DNA of 64,000 nucleotides from contig JBAZUP010000001.1 of the NCBI GenBank assembly GCA_041661385.1, positions 418,560-482,559 on the forward strand. Reading direction: 5' to 3'. The notes under the pieces are model-generated. The model was not told where the DNA came from and searched no databases. It saw nothing but the letters and a program-made list of their open reading frames with translations. The position numbers and the translations under genes were made by a program. How positions within the stretch are numbered: the stretch's first letter is position 1; the number at the start of each line of letters is the position of its first letter. Source of the DNA: Patescibacteria group bacterium. GTDB taxonomy: Bacteria; Patescibacteriota; Patescibacteriia; Magasanikbacterales; GWA2-37-8. Below, piece after piece: positions 1-9,984 of this stretch.

Positions 1-384
1 TTTTTTTAACGAGCTGATTAATTTTTCAACATTATTTTTAATGACATTGTAAGTGATGACGAGCTCCGCGTTTAAATCTGAAAGGTGTGCTTTTTCAGGA
101 AGTAGATCAAAAAAAACAGCACCACCACCTACGAATGGTTCAAAATAGTTACTCTTTTCCGAATCAAAACCTTCTGGCGGATATAGATTCATCCTTCGGA
201 ACTGTTCAAGGAGTTGTCTTTTGCCACCAACCCATTTTACGAACGGTCTTGGTTTCTCTGCGATTAATCGCTCTACATCGTCAAAAAGATTTGATTTGTT
301 TGCCTGTCGAAAAACCCGATGAGCGTAAATCTCATTTATATCGTACTTTTTTTGGATGATTTTTACTGCTTCCTTAGTAGTCAT
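1..384 (-). CDS. DNA adenine methyltransferase (Dam/D12 class), N-terminal part; gene runs off window start
   Basis: Minus-strand translation from ATG at 384 gives MTTKEAVKIIQKKYDINEIYAHRVF...FVKWVGGKRQLL...YFEPFVGGGAVFFDL, matching the Dam family N-terminal motifs (KWxGGK, EPFxGGGAV). Not in the ORF track because it is truncated by the window edge. Confidence 0.7.
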   Translation of the reverse strand, partial: MTTKEAVKIIQKKYDINEIYAHRVFRQANKSNLFDDVERLIAEKPRPFVKWVGGKRQLLEQFRRMNLYPPEGFDSEKSNYFEPFVGGGAVFFDLLPEKAHLSDLNAELVITYNVIKNNVEKLISSLKK

Positions 385-570
385 AATTTTATACCAAAAA
401 AATATCGAACAAAAAGCTAAATATATTTTTGATATAAAATGCTTATCTTAGCCCTATAGGAATACCTGTATTTTACCATAACTTAAGCGTAAATCCAATA
501 CTAATTAAATAGATCTATCAACCTTGACTAAAACCAATTTTTTCACTATAATTCACCGCATTGCAAACCT

Positions 571-662
571 GGAGAGGTGGCCGAGTTGGTCGAAGGCACC
601 ACACTGCTAACGTGGCAGGGCCTCAAAAACCCTCGAGAGTTCGAATCTCTCCCTCTCCGCCA
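571..662 (+). tRNA. tRNA-Ser (anticodon GCU), class II with long variable arm, CCA encoded
   Basis: GGAGAGG acceptor pairs with CCTCTCC, then discriminator G and CCA. D-arm GCCGAGTTGGTCGAAGGC. Anticodon loop CTGCTAA (GCT). Long extra arm. T-arm GAGAG-TTCGAAT-CTCTC. Confidence 0.8.
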
Positions 663-670
663 AAAATATG

Positions 671-700
671 AACCCACTAGTGTGGGTTTTTATTTTTGTC
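671..700 (+). terminator. Rho-independent terminator after tRNA-Ser
   Basis: Hairpin aacccactagtgtgggtt followed by a T-run. Confidence 0.5.
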
Positions 701-932
701 TGAAAGCGAAAGGAGAGATGAGAACGCCGGAGCCTTGTCCGAGGAGTTATGCCGACGACGAGAACGGCGAGGCGGTGGCCAGCCCGAGGAGGCGGAAGCC
801 GACGAGAGGCGCGGCCGAATCGCTTTATTATTCACTTAAATACTTATCCACAACCCCTTTCTTGACATATTAGTTAGAAATATATAACATTAAGTTAGAA
901 ATAACTAACTTTATTATTAACCCCTCATATAT

Positions 933-1364
933 ATGATTGGCAAAGCAGCTTGGTTCCAAAGACGTAAATACAGCGGTTGGGGCATTACCCCTAAAACCTG
1001 GCAAGGTTGGGCATATGCATTTTTTATTGCTGCGCCGGTTGCCATTTTCCAGGCCCTACCCTATTGGTCGAACGAAGTGCGAGTCGCCGCGACCGGAGTA
1101 TGGGTCGCTGTAGTCGCACTCGACGTTATCCATATCATGGCGAACATGAACCACGACGAACGAGAATATAAAATTGACGCGATTTCGGAAAGAAACTCCG
1201 CCTGGGTTATGGTTGTAGTAATAGCGATGGGTGTCGCCTATCAGGCCTATGGCAATACCAACGGCAAAGGCGCTGAGATTGATCCGTTTCTTTTGATTAC
1301 CCTTGGAGCTGGTGTTGTCGCCAAAGCAATCTCAAATATTTATTATTCCCGGAAATCTTTATAA
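933..1364 (+). CDS. Small integral membrane protein (hypothetical), paired with the downstream XRE regulator
   Basis: 143-aa ORF with 3-4 hydrophobic segments, followed immediately by an HTH regulator gene. Confidence 0.5.
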   Translation: MIGKAAWFQRRKYSGWGITPKTWQGWAYAFFIAAPVAIFQALPYWSNEVRVAATGVWVAVVALDVIHIMANMNHDEREYKIDAISERNSAWVMVVVIAMGVAYQAYGNTNGKGAEIDPFLLITLGAGVVAKAISNIYYSRKSL

Positions 1365-1369
1365 ACGAT

Positions 1370-1561
1370 ATGCCTAACCGAATAAAAGAACTGCGGGGCA
1401 AACTAAACCTGACGCAAGAAGAACTGGCTGATAAAGTTGGTGTACGTCGCGAGACAATTGTGTTTCTGGAAAAAGAGAAATATAATCCTTCGCTTGAGCT
1501 GGCGCATAAAGTAGCGGAAATTCTTGGCACATCAATTGATGATTTGTTTTATAAAAAATAA
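1370..1561 (+). CDS. XRE/Cro-C1 family helix-turn-helix transcriptional regulator
   Basis: 63-aa protein. [49 protein letters not shown] is a textbook HTH_3 motif. Confidence 0.85.
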   Translation: MPNRIKELRGKLNLTQEELADKVGVRRETIVFLEKEKYNPSLELAHKVAEILGTSIDDLFYKK

Positions 1562-1580
1562 AAAACATTTATAATTTTAT

Positions 1581-1608
1581 AGCGCGGCCGCAGCCGCGCT
1601 ATTTTTTA
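1581..1608 (+). terminator. Rho-independent terminator
   Basis: GC hairpin agcgcggccgcagccgcgct followed by TTTTTT. Confidence 0.6.
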
Positions 1609-1640
1609 TCAAAAAAAGCGCTCACATATCACTGGCATAT

Positions 1641-2078
1641 ATTCTCGCTATCGCTCAAACACCACGCCTGCGCGGGATACATCTCGCTGTCGCTCAATCA
1701 ATTCATTCTTTTTCCTAAACTTCTATTTCCTTAGCCCTGCCGGCGGCATCACTTTTCATAACTGAAAAGTAATCAAAAGGTTTTGAGGGGCCGGCAGAAC
1801 TCGCGCCGCGAGGCGCTCAAACAGCTGGCGGCCCCCAAACCCCCATTGGGAAATTGTTTGGCCAACAATTCGGAGTCCGAGCCTATATGTAGTGAGTTGC
1901 AAACTGCCCGGCGAAATTAGATTTTTTCAATGTTGTATTGCTGATTTGAAAAAATCGTTTTGATTTCGCCGAGGCATTTGCCGAACGAAGTGTCAGCTCG
2001 GCAGTTTTTGACACCTTTTTGCTGCCAAAAAGGTGTGCCAGTCCGGCGAGGACTGTCTTTGAGCGATAGCGAGAAAAT
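1641..2078. repeat. GC-rich, highly palindromic element bounded by ~20-bp terminal inverted repeats (MITE-like or structured ncRNA)
   Basis: attctcgctatcgctcaaac at 1641-1660 is the reverse complement of tttgagcgatagcgagaaaat at 2058-2078. A degenerate direct copy sits at 1681-1700. The interior holds several nested perfect hairpins, e.g. acacctttttg/caaaaaggtgt and cagtcc/ggactg. Local GC is clearly above the window average. Confidence 0.4.
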
Positions 2079-2206
2079 AGGCCGCGCCAAGCAATATTAT
2101 GCGTTACCAATAACGACCTGACGGGTAGTATGTAGTAGTGATGCACCCAAGTTAGCTTTACTCACGTATTATTAACATCAGGTTAACGTATTTAATACTA
2201 AAACTT

Positions 2207-2947
2207 ATGAAAATACAGATAAAAAAAGTAAACAAAATCTTATACTTCGCGATTATAACGGCCGCGAGTACTTCGCTTATCGCTATTACTGCCGCTAGCG
2301 CTCAAACCGGCAATGGCGGAATGATGGGCGGACGAGGATTTAGAGGCAATTTCCAAAATACTACCAACGTTAATGTTGGAACTCAAGGTGGCTGGTCACC
2401 AAGTTCTACCATGATGCGCGGCGGCTTTAAACGTCAGCCCGGTGTGTTTGGCACAATTACCGCCATTAACGGTACCAATATTACCATTTCAGATAACCGC
2501 AGCGGCCCAACCGGAACGATTGCAACCTTTAATATCGATTCCTCCGCCGCAACTTTCGTGAAAATTGTCGCACCGACTTCTTCAACTCCCCCAACCCAAA
2601 CTTCCATCACTATTTCTGACCTTGCCGTCGGCAATACTATTTCGGTAAAAGGAACCGTGAATGGCGCAACTGTGACTGCGACTGAAATCTATTTACGCGA
2701 AGGAAACTTCCCCGGTATTGGAATGATGCGCGGAAGATTTGAAGACAATGATACAGTTTCTTCCACCGCTGGAAAACTACGCTGGGAAAATCAAAATGGA
2801 AATTCTACCTCTACTTTTAGAAGACACCAATTTGACACTAGCACGCCACCTTTCATGAATTTTAATTCGAATTCCGAGTTTCACATTAATATGTGGGGAA
2901 GAATGATGAACGCGATGGGAAATTTTTTCGGAAGATTTTTTAGATAA
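2207..2947 (+). CDS. Secreted Gly/Thr/Asn-rich protein (signal peptide), hypothetical
   Basis: N-terminal signal peptide with an AQT cleavage-site-like motif. Low-complexity sequence with repeated MMRG/GGMMGG motifs. Confidence 0.5.
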   Translation: MKIQIKKVNKILYFAIITAASTSLIAITAASAQTGNGGMMGGRGFRGNFQNTTNVNVGTQGGWSPSSTMMRGGFKRQPGVFGTITAINGTNITISDNRSGPTGTIATFNIDSSAATFVKIVAPTSSTPPTQTSITISDLAVGNTISVKGTVNGATVTATEIYLREGNFPGIGMMRGRFEDNDTVSSTAGKLRWENQNGNSTSTFRRHQFDTSTPPFMNFNSNSEFHINMWGRMMNAMGNFFGRFFR

Positions 2948-3070
2948 TTTATTTTGTCTCTTCGACATCGGAACATGGTAGCAGGGCTGAACACGACACT
3001 TCTATACAAACTGTCGCCTCAACTTCTTCCAATTCCCTGTCGAAGAGCAATTAAATTAAAAACAAAAAAA

Positions 3071-3107
3071 CCATCCTGGATTGCCCTCCTCTGGATGGTC
3101 TTTTTTA
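3071..3107. terminator. Bidirectional rho-independent terminator between convergent genes
   Basis: Hairpin ccatcc...ggatgg flanked by an A-run and a T-run. Confidence 0.5.
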
Positions 3108-3111
3108 TTTA

Positions 3112-3714
3112 TTATTCTTTTACTTCTGCTTTAGCCGGCTCGACAAAAGCTTTTTCATCATTAAACTTTTCTTTCCATTCTTCAGGATTTCCATAATCGG
3201 CAAAATCTTTATACCAGTTATGACTTTGCGGCGGCCGGCGCGCGGCTTTAATTGGGCACCAATACCGTTCAGTGCGTGCGGCGATTTCGGATCCGTACGA
3301 AAATAAACCGTTCCCATAGCTGCAATACAAACAATTTACTTTCTGGATTAAGTTTAAATAATCCAAAAACTTCCGGTCAAAAACAAAGTGGTCTTTTCTT
3401 TTTACCCGGGGAATGCGGTACAGCGGCAAAGCAACCAAATTATAAATAGTTAAAAAGAAATCCAGGATTAATAGCGGAAAAATCATTACATAAATAAACG
3501 GCAGCGATAAAAGATGGCGGATGTCCTGCGGAATCGCGTAACGCCAGGTGGGAATTTTGAAAGATTTGTTCCGAAGTTTGAATTGTTCAATAAAGACAAC
3601 CCGCTTTTTGTTGAACGAAAAACCATACTGCTCCGCGAGACGCGCGTATTCTTTTTTAAGCGCCTCATTCATCTCTTCAATTTTTGCCAGTATTTTTTTA
3701 ATTTCCGATTCCAT
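3112..3714 (-). CDS. Hypothetical membrane protein with N-terminal coiled-coil and conserved Cys-rich C-terminal module
   Basis: 200 aa with a central double hydrophobic segment and a C-terminal CLYCSYGNG...ERYWCPIK motif. Family not recognised. Confidence 0.45.
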   Translation of the reverse strand: MESEIKKILAKIEEMNEALKKEYARLAEQYGFSFNKKRVVFIEQFKLRNKSFKIPTWRYAIPQDIRHLLSLPFIYVMIFPLLILDFFLTIYNLVALPLYRIPRVKRKDHFVFDRKFLDYLNLIQKVNCLYCSYGNGLFSYGSEIAARTERYWCPIKAARRPPQSHNWYKDFADYGNPEEWKEKFNDEKAFVEPAKAEVKE

Positions 3715-3766
3715 ATTCTTTCATAATTAACGAGCGCCTTTGAGAAGGTGCCCGAAAAAAGTTTTT

Positions 3767-4318
3767 TTAGATGGCGTGAATCTCTTTTTCTTTTGCTTCA
3801 CCAATCTTCTTCACTTCTTCATTATATTCTTTTACCATTTTATCAAGCTCCTCTTGAAAGCTATATTTATCATCTTCGGTAATCGACTTTGCCTTTTCTT
3901 CTTCGGCAATAAGCGCCCGAACCTCTTCACGAATTTTTCGGATCGAGATCCTAGCCGATTCTAATTTCTGATGCAAAATTTTGGCAAGTTCAGTACGACG
4001 CTCGGAAGTAAGCTCGGGAAGACAAAGTCGAACCATTTTGCCGTCATTTACCGGATTAATACCAAGGCCTGAATCACGCACGCCTTTTTCAATGGCGCCC
4101 AGCATGCTCTTGTCCCAAGGTTCAATAGTGATGGTCTTTGGGTCGGCTACCATAATTGTACCAACCGCTTTGAGCGGCTGATAACTGCCATAAGCCTCGA
4201 CAGTGATGCTGTCTACCATGGCAGCGGTCGCCCGACCAGTGCGCAGTTGTGAAATGTCGGTCTTTAAGAATTCAATCGCCTGTTTAAAATCCTCCTTAGA
4301 ATTATTTATGTTCATCAT
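3767..4318 (-). CDS. frr: Ribosome recycling factor
   Basis: 183 aa. RRF-family sequence (TGRATAAMVDSITVEAYGS...LPELTSERRTELAK) along the full length. Confidence 0.9.
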   Translation of the reverse strand: MMNINNSKEDFKQAIEFLKTDISQLRTGRATAAMVDSITVEAYGSYQPLKAVGTIMVADPKTITIEPWDKSMLGAIEKGVRDSGLGINPVNDGKMVRLCLPELTSERRTELAKILHQKLESARISIRKIREEVRALIAEEEKAKSITEDDKYSFQEELDKMVKEYNEEVKKIGEAKEKEIHAI

Positions 4319-4319
4319 A

Positions 4320-5420
4320 TTATTGTGCTGATGTAAAAGCTATATATAAAAGATTTACCAAATCTGGATGCACAAAGAGCGAGACCGGAATTGCCGCGCT
4401 CGGCAATTTGCGGTTAAACCATGTACTACCACCATCTAGTGATTTATAAAGCTTGGAACTGGCCACCTGAGTTGAAACGCCCGTAATTGAATTGGCGCCG
4501 GTACTGGTAAAGGTTGTACCCGTATAGAATAATTCTTTTGGATTCTTGGGGTTCACCGCCAAATTATAAATATTTACAGTTCCTGGAGAAGTAACTAATT
4601 TAATTTCGCTCCAAGAATCGCCGGCATTTGTAGAGTGAAAAATGCCGTATTTAGAAAGCCAATACAAACTGTCTTTGGTGCTAGGGTCTAGGACCAAGCG
4701 GAAAAAAGTCACGCCCTCGGTAAATTTAGTAAGGTCACTTGTAACATCCACCCAATTTTCACCATTATCATCGGACCGTGAAATACCGCGATTGGCGCTA
4801 GCGACAAATACTCGGCCCGGCACTTTTGGATCCGTAACCAAATCGCGCAAGGTCAAATTAAAATTCTTTATCGCTCTCCAACTAGTACCGCCGTTTAAAC
4901 TTTGTAAAATAGTTCCATTTTCAATGGCGGTAAAAACAACATTGCGATTACCATAATCAACAGCAACAGAAACGAGCTTCGATCCGCTCTGAGAATAATT
5001 TACCTGCGTCCAAGTTCGTGAGCAATCATTGGTGCGATAGGTAGCGACACCATCGATCGCAAAAATTGTGCATTTGTCCGTCGGATCAACAGCCACTCCA
5101 TAAACAAATTTTCCCTGAAAGAACGGTACTGTTTGCCAACTGTCACCCTTATCATAACTGTAATACAACCCTTGTCCACGAGTCGCCATATACAGCGCGT
5201 TTACATCATTTGGATCAGAAAAAATCCGGTAGACTTTTACTGTAGCAAGACTTTTCATTCCTTGCGCAGTAGGAAAAATATTTATTTCGGTCCAATTTTC
5301 TCCCTTATCAGGGGAACGAAAAATACCAAGGTTGACAGGGGCCGTACTGCTCACGCTTAGACACCCCGCGCCAACAAGAAATAACGAGGCGATAGCCGAC
5401 AAGATTATTTTTCTTTTCAT
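4320..5420 (-). CDS. BNR/Asp-box repeat lipoprotein (Ycf48/sialidase-like beta-propeller)
   Basis: Lipobox LVGAGC after a signal peptide. Seven S-x-D-x-G-x-x-W Asp-box motifs (SPDKGENW, SYDKGDSW, LNGGTSW, SDDNGENW, TNAGDSW, SLDGGSTW and others). Confidence 0.7.
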   Translation of the reverse strand: MKRKIILSAIASLFLVGAGCLSVSSTAPVNLGIFRSPDKGENWTEINIFPTAQGMKSLATVKVYRIFSDPNDVNALYMATRGQGLYYSYDKGDSWQTVPFFQGKFVYGVAVDPTDKCTIFAIDGVATYRTNDCSRTWTQVNYSQSGSKLVSVAVDYGNRNVVFTAIENGTILQSLNGGTSWRAIKNFNLTLRDLVTDPKVPGRVFVASANRGISRSDDNGENWVDVTSDLTKFTEGVTFFRLVLDPSTKDSLYWLSKYGIFHSTNAGDSWSEIKLVTSPGTVNIYNLAVNPKNPKELFYTGTTFTSTGANSITGVSTQVASSKLYKSLDGGSTWFNRKLPSAAIPVSLFVHPDLVNLLYIAFTSAQ

Positions 5421-5441
5421 AATGTTACTTTTTAAAAAAAC

Positions 5442-6386
5442 TTATTTAATTTTTAGTAAAGCTTCTTCAATCGCAAGTCGAGGGTGAGCATTTTCTTTCA
5501 ATAATTTTTTTACTCGCGACCAACCGTCGATTATTTTTACAAGTTCAGTACCGGTGAAACTAACTGGGGAAAAAATTCCCGGCTCCGAAGCGTATTCTGT
5601 CGCGCCATGTTTTTTGAGAAGCCAATCGCGGCTCCAGCCGATCCACTGATCAAGAATACCCTGCCAGGCTTCGCGGCCGCGTTCGCCATCATCTTTGTCG
5701 CCGTACAATTCTTCAACTAACTTAATTTTTTTATAAAACGGTGCGCCGGAAAGCTGTTGAAAAATGCTAAATAAATTTTCGTAGGCGATTTTATTTTCCT
5801 CATTTAAAAAATTTATCGCTTTGCCGGGCTTGCCGGATGCGCGCCTCGAAAAAATTTCCGCTTCTTCGCTTTTTACTCCGCGTGCGCGCAAACCATTTTC
5901 AATCTCCCTAGTGCTAACCAGTGAAAAATAAAACAACTGTAACCGCGAACGAATGGTAGCAAGTAAATTTGCTTCATTCTTAATAATCAAAAAGAAAAAA
6001 GTGTTTTGCGGCGGTTCTTCCAAAATTTTTAAAAGAGCATTTCCTGATTCGTCATTAAAAAGCTCTGCACCATCAATAATAACAACTCGCTTTCCCCCAC
6101 CCCAAGTAGAATTTTGCAATCTTCCTTTCAGATCTCGCGACTGTTCAATCGTAATAACTTTTTTTAATTTGCCGGTTTTCTCATCTTCTCCCCGTTCGAG
6201 GTAAATATAGTCGGGCTGCATTGATAATTTTTCGACTGTTGTGCCAAGAAGTTTCGCGGCAACGACACTCGCCAAAGCTTTTTTACCAACCTGTGCCGGC
6301 CCAATAAAACCATAGGCATGACTAAGACGGCCTTCCTTTAAGGCATTCTCAAAAAAACGAAGTATTTGCTCATGTCCAATAATCAC
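5442..6386 (-). CDS. holB: DNA polymerase III delta-prime subunit (AAA+ clamp loader)
   Basis: 314 aa with Walker A-like GPAQVGKK and a DExx-like region. Overall HolB/DnaX N-domain architecture. Confidence 0.7.
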   Translation of the reverse strand: MIIGHEQILRFFENALKEGRLSHAYGFIGPAQVGKKALASVVAAKLLGTTVEKLSMQPDYIYLERGEDEKTGKLKKVITIEQSRDLKGRLQNSTWGGGKRVVIIDGAELFNDESGNALLKILEEPPQNTFFFLIIKNEANLLATIRSRLQLFYFSLVSTREIENGLRARGVKSEEAEIFSRRASGKPGKAINFLNEENKIAYENLFSIFQQLSGAPFYKKIKLVEELYGDKDDGERGREAWQGILDQWIGWSRDWLLKKHGATEYASEPGIFSPVSFTGTELVKIIDGWSRVKKLLKENAHPRLAIEEALLKIK

Positions 6387-6421
6387 AGCAAGGTCTAAAA
6401 GCTGTGCTTAGTGTAACAAAA

Positions 6422-7519
6422 TCAATGAAGATTGGCAATCGCGCTCCAAGTTTCTTTAGCGGTCTTTTCCCAGCTAAAAAAAGCCGCACGTTCTTTGCCT
6501 TCTTGGCTATATTTTATCTGTTCGCCGGTGTTATTAATTATTTTTATAACCGCCTCAGCTAGAGAGTTGTTATCTAACGGATCGACATAACAAGCGGCGC
6601 CATGCCCGATTTCCTTTAAGGCTTCAATGTTCGAAGAAACGGTCGGTACCCCAAGTGAAAATGCCTCTAAAAGCGGCAGGCCAAAACCTTCGTAAAGAGA
6701 TGGAAAAACAAAAACACCCGCATTTTTCATTAGACCGGCGAGTTTTTCTTTTTCAAGAAAATTAAAAGTAATAATATCTTCTTTGTAGGGGCACTGCTTG
6801 ATCGCTTTTTTAATATGATGATAACCAACCCCCGGATTCCCAACCAACACAAGCTGCAAGTCGACGCTCTTTTTTATTATAGTAAAAGCTTCAATAATCT
6901 GCCGGGTGTTTTTTTTGGTCTCCAGGCGCCCGACACTGATAATATATTTTTTTGTAACACCGAGTTCTTTTTCGTTAAAATTGGCAGGTACAACTAACGG
7001 TTGAAAAGCAATCGGAATAACTGCTACTCTTTTTGCCACGTTTAATCCGTACAATCTGCCCAGTTCATTTTTATTAAATTCAGTAGAAGTAATAAGCAGC
7101 GTGGATTTTTTTATAATTTGCTTATTCATCCATTTAAGATAGGTTCGGCTCAGCATTCCGTACGCTCCCGGATAAACTAAAAAAGCGCTATCGTGAATCA
7201 TGGTCACCGTAACTTTCGGACAGATGAGTGGAACAATTTGTCCGGGCGAGAAGAAAACATCCGGATTTTTATGAAATAAAAAATGTATTGATAAACGAAT
7301 TTGGTTCCAAAATTTTCCAAATGGCCAGTGTAATATTTTTACTTTCCAGTTTGGAGGCAGATCTTTCAGCTCATCAATAAGCGGTTTGTTAGAATACAAA
7401 ATAACCGTTTCTGTTGCCGGAATCGTTTTCTTTAATGCCTGTATTAAAAAGAAGCAATAACCCTCCACTCCGGTCCTCTCCTTTTTATTGGCATGGGCGG
7501 CTTCGATGCCGATAACCAT
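6422..7519 (-). CDS. Glycosyltransferase family 4 (GT-B, group 1)
   Basis: C-terminal EGFGLPLLEAFSLGVPTV is the GT4 E-x7-E region. Length 365 aa. Confidence 0.75.
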   Translation of the reverse strand: MVIGIEAAHANKKERTGVEGYCFFLIQALKKTIPATETVILYSNKPLIDELKDLPPNWKVKILHWPFGKFWNQIRLSIHFLFHKNPDVFFSPGQIVPLICPKVTVTMIHDSAFLVYPGAYGMLSRTYLKWMNKQIIKKSTLLITSTEFNKNELGRLYGLNVAKRVAVIPIAFQPLVVPANFNEKELGVTKKYIISVGRLETKKNTRQIIEAFTIIKKSVDLQLVLVGNPGVGYHHIKKAIKQCPYKEDIITFNFLEKEKLAGLMKNAGVFVFPSLYEGFGLPLLEAFSLGVPTVSSNIEALKEIGHGAACYVDPLDNNSLAEAVIKIINNTGEQIKYSQEGKERAAFFSWEKTAKETWSAIANLH

Positions 7520-7536
7520 AGTGAATATTTTTAATC

Positions 7537-8544
7537 CTATTTTGTTGCTAGAATACTTCGCTTGTAACTGTCTAAATTTTCAAGAGCAATACCGGTGCCT
7601 TTGGCAACACAAAGTAACGGTTCGTCAGCTACATAAGTTGGCACACCGGTCGCCTCGGCAATAAGCGCATCAAGATTTCGTAGCAAAGCAGATCCACCGG
7701 AAAGAATAATACCTTTATCCATAATGTCAGACGAAAGTTCAGGCGGAGTTTTGTGCAAAACATCTTTCACAGCATTTACCAAAAGCTCCAGATCGTGTTG
7801 CAACGCCTCGGTCGTATCATCAGAATTTACCGTGACAACACGCGGCAAGCCTGTGACCATATCGCGTCCTTTTATTTCCATGGTCAGCGGCTTATCCATA
7901 TACATCGCCGAACCCACCGTCAATTTTATATCTTCGGCGCTACGCTCACCAATTGCCAAATTGTACTTGTGACGTATATATTCTACCACAGATTGATCAA
8001 ATTTGTTGCCTCCGATACGAACCGAACCGGAAGAAACTATACCGCCAAGTGAAATAACAGCGATTTCGGCAGTGCCACCACCAATATCAATAATCATGTG
8101 ACCCGAAGCCGCACCAATTGGAATATCGGCGCCAATTGCGGCGACAATCGGTTCTTTAATAATATAAGCGGCCCTTGCGCCTGCCGCGATAGTCGCATCA
8201 ATAACCGCGCGGCGTTCGGTGGAAGTAATACCACCCGGCACCGCGACCATTACTTCCGGACGAAACAAACGTACACCACCCATAGCTTTATTAATAAAAT
8301 ATCGAAGCATTGCTTCGGTGGTGTTGTAGTTGGCGATAACTCCATCTTTGAGCGGTCGCTCGGCAATAATAGTATCAGGAGTGCGGCCAAGCATATCTTT
8401 TGCTTCGAGACCAACCGCAAGAACTTTTCCATCCGCTTTAGAAATTGCAACAACACTCGGCTCATTTACAACAATCCCCTTCTTCGGAATATATACTAAG
8501 ACATTTGTTGTCCCCAAATCAATTCCAATTTTCTTGATGAACAT
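7537..8544 (-). CDS. mreB: Rod shape-determining actin homolog MreB
   Basis: 335 aa. GIDLGTTNVLVY phosphate-1 motif and MreB-like sequence throughout. Confidence 0.9.
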   Translation of the reverse strand: MFIKKIGIDLGTTNVLVYIPKKGIVVNEPSVVAISKADGKVLAVGLEAKDMLGRTPDTIIAERPLKDGVIANYNTTEAMLRYFINKAMGGVRLFRPEVMVAVPGGITSTERRAVIDATIAAGARAAYIIKEPIVAAIGADIPIGAASGHMIIDIGGGTAEIAVISLGGIVSSGSVRIGGNKFDQSVVEYIRHKYNLAIGERSAEDIKLTVGSAMYMDKPLTMEIKGRDMVTGLPRVVTVNSDDTTEALQHDLELLVNAVKDVLHKTPPELSSDIMDKGIILSGGSALLRNLDALIAEATGVPTYVADEPLLCVAKGTGIALENLDSYKRSILATK

Positions 8545-8550
8545 ATCAAT

Positions 8551-9984
8551 TTATTTTATTATTCCGATTTCAAAATACCTGTCTTCGCGTAAGTCCGACA
8601 CCTGGTCATAATTTGAATCGCCAAACTTTTCTGACGATTCTGGAGGAAGTGCGGTAGTAAGTTTTTTACCAAAATTTAGGCCTAATGTCAATCTGGTATT
8701 TATCGTACCGGATTGTTTTTGCACCAATAAAGAATAGCTTCCATCATCCACATTTTTTTTAATATTATCCGGTAAAATATAGGTAAAAGATAATGCTGCT
8801 TGTTTGCCGGGCTCAACCGCGAGATACGTTCCAAACCAATGTTTGCCGTTTTCATCTCCCTCCGCCGGTTTTGCATTTTTAACTCCGTTAACTGTTAACT
8901 CCGTTGAACCGGTTACACTAATTATTTTACTGCCTGCCGGAACAAAAATTCTTACATAATCTCGATAGCGGGTAGTGCGCCAGGTAAACCCTCCGGTATG
9001 GTGATAGTGCATCGTAGCTGAAGCAACGAGCTTGCCTGAAGTAGTCGGACTAATATCGTAAGAAAGAGTGCGTTGAATAGCGACATCGGTCTTTAAAGCG
9101 CCAAGATTGGCATCCGTCCAGAGTAAAAAATCACCGGTACTTGTCCGCACTGACCCATCCCAACGTTCTGAAATAATATGTTCTTGCTCATCGGGATAAA
9201 TCGAATACAGCATGATCTGTTTTTCATTAAGCATTTTTGCGATCAACCTTAAATAATCATTCCAATGCGTAAAACTAGTCGTAACCAAACGCGGCAAAAG
9301 AGCTTTACTTAAATCGCCTAGTAATTTTTTCCGATCACTAAAATCTTGCCCGCGCGCTTTGTATCCGTATTCAACTTCGTATTCCAATTTCTCGGTAAAA
9401 TTCTCACTGGTAAATTCTACTCCGTCTGCTTTTACCGGACCGGTAATTTTCAAAATTTCTTCAAACAAAGTCGGAGTAACAGCTATAACGCCGTCAATAT
9501 GTTCCGCTTCCGCTCCCCGTTCACTTTTGTACAATTCGAGCGCGAGCCTCGCGTCAGTCGGAAAATCCGGTGACCAATTACTATCGCGTAACTGCATTTT
9601 TTTTATTCCTAAATATTTAGCAAGCGCCGGCGGCGGATCAATACCAACTTCCGCGGCGGCATTATCTAAATTTTCCGTACCTTCAACTTTAATAATATCT
9701 GGTTTGCCGCGATTTACATTGAACAAAGCATATGAACCAATAAAACCGCCGCCCGGACGAATTTCCGTATTATTTAGAAAAAGTACCAGATAAGTGCGCG
9801 GCGCTTCCATGCCAAAAGCCTTTTGAACCATGAGAGTCGTTGAAGCGCTTTGTCCGGCCGGCATTGCTTTTTGAATTATTGTTTCCTGCAAATTACCTTG
9901 TTTATAAGAACTGCGTAACAAAACTCCGCCGCCTATGGTAATGGTGAGAAAACCCAAAATTAAAATAAGGGCGGTCATTCTCAT
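8551..9984 (-). CDS. DUF4012-family membrane-anchored protein (envelope polysaccharide loci)
   Basis: N-terminal TM anchor. The LNNTEIRPGGGFIGSY motif is characteristic of DUF4012. The gene sits between GT genes. Confidence 0.55.
   Translation of the reverse strand: MRMTALILILGFLTITIGGGVLLRSSYKQGNLQETIIQKAMPAGQSASTTLMVQKAFGMEAPRTYLVLFLNNTEIRPGGGFIGSYALFNVNRGKPDIIKVEGTENLDNAAAEVGIDPPPALAKYLGIKKMQLRDSNWSPDFPTDARLALELYKSERGAEAEHIDGVIAVTPTLFEEILKITGPVKADGVEFTSENFTEKLEYEVEYGYKARGQDFSDRKKLLGDLSKALLPRLVTTSFTHWNDYLRLIAKMLNEKQIMLYSIYPDEQEHIISERWDGSVRTSTGDFLLWTDANLGALKTDVAIQRTLSYDISPTTSGKLVASATMHYHHTGGFTWRTTRYRDYVRIFVPAGSKIISVTGSTELTVNGVKNAKPAEGDENGKHWFGTYLAVEPGKQAALSFTYILPDNIKKNVDDGSYSLLVQKQSGTINTRLTLGLNFGKKLTTALPPESSEKFGDSNYDQVSDLREDRYFEIGIIK

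Noticed and set aside
577-873. 98-aa plus-strand ORF overlapping tRNA-Ser
   Set aside because: It reads straight through a well-formed tRNA gene and its terminator. Only the GC-rich tail (700-830) is noted separately as a low-confidence small ORF.
1883-2146. 87-aa minus-strand ORF inside the palindromic GC-rich element
   Set aside because: It lies entirely within nested inverted repeats, has no RBS or motif, and its composition is driven by the palindromes, so it is most likely non-coding.
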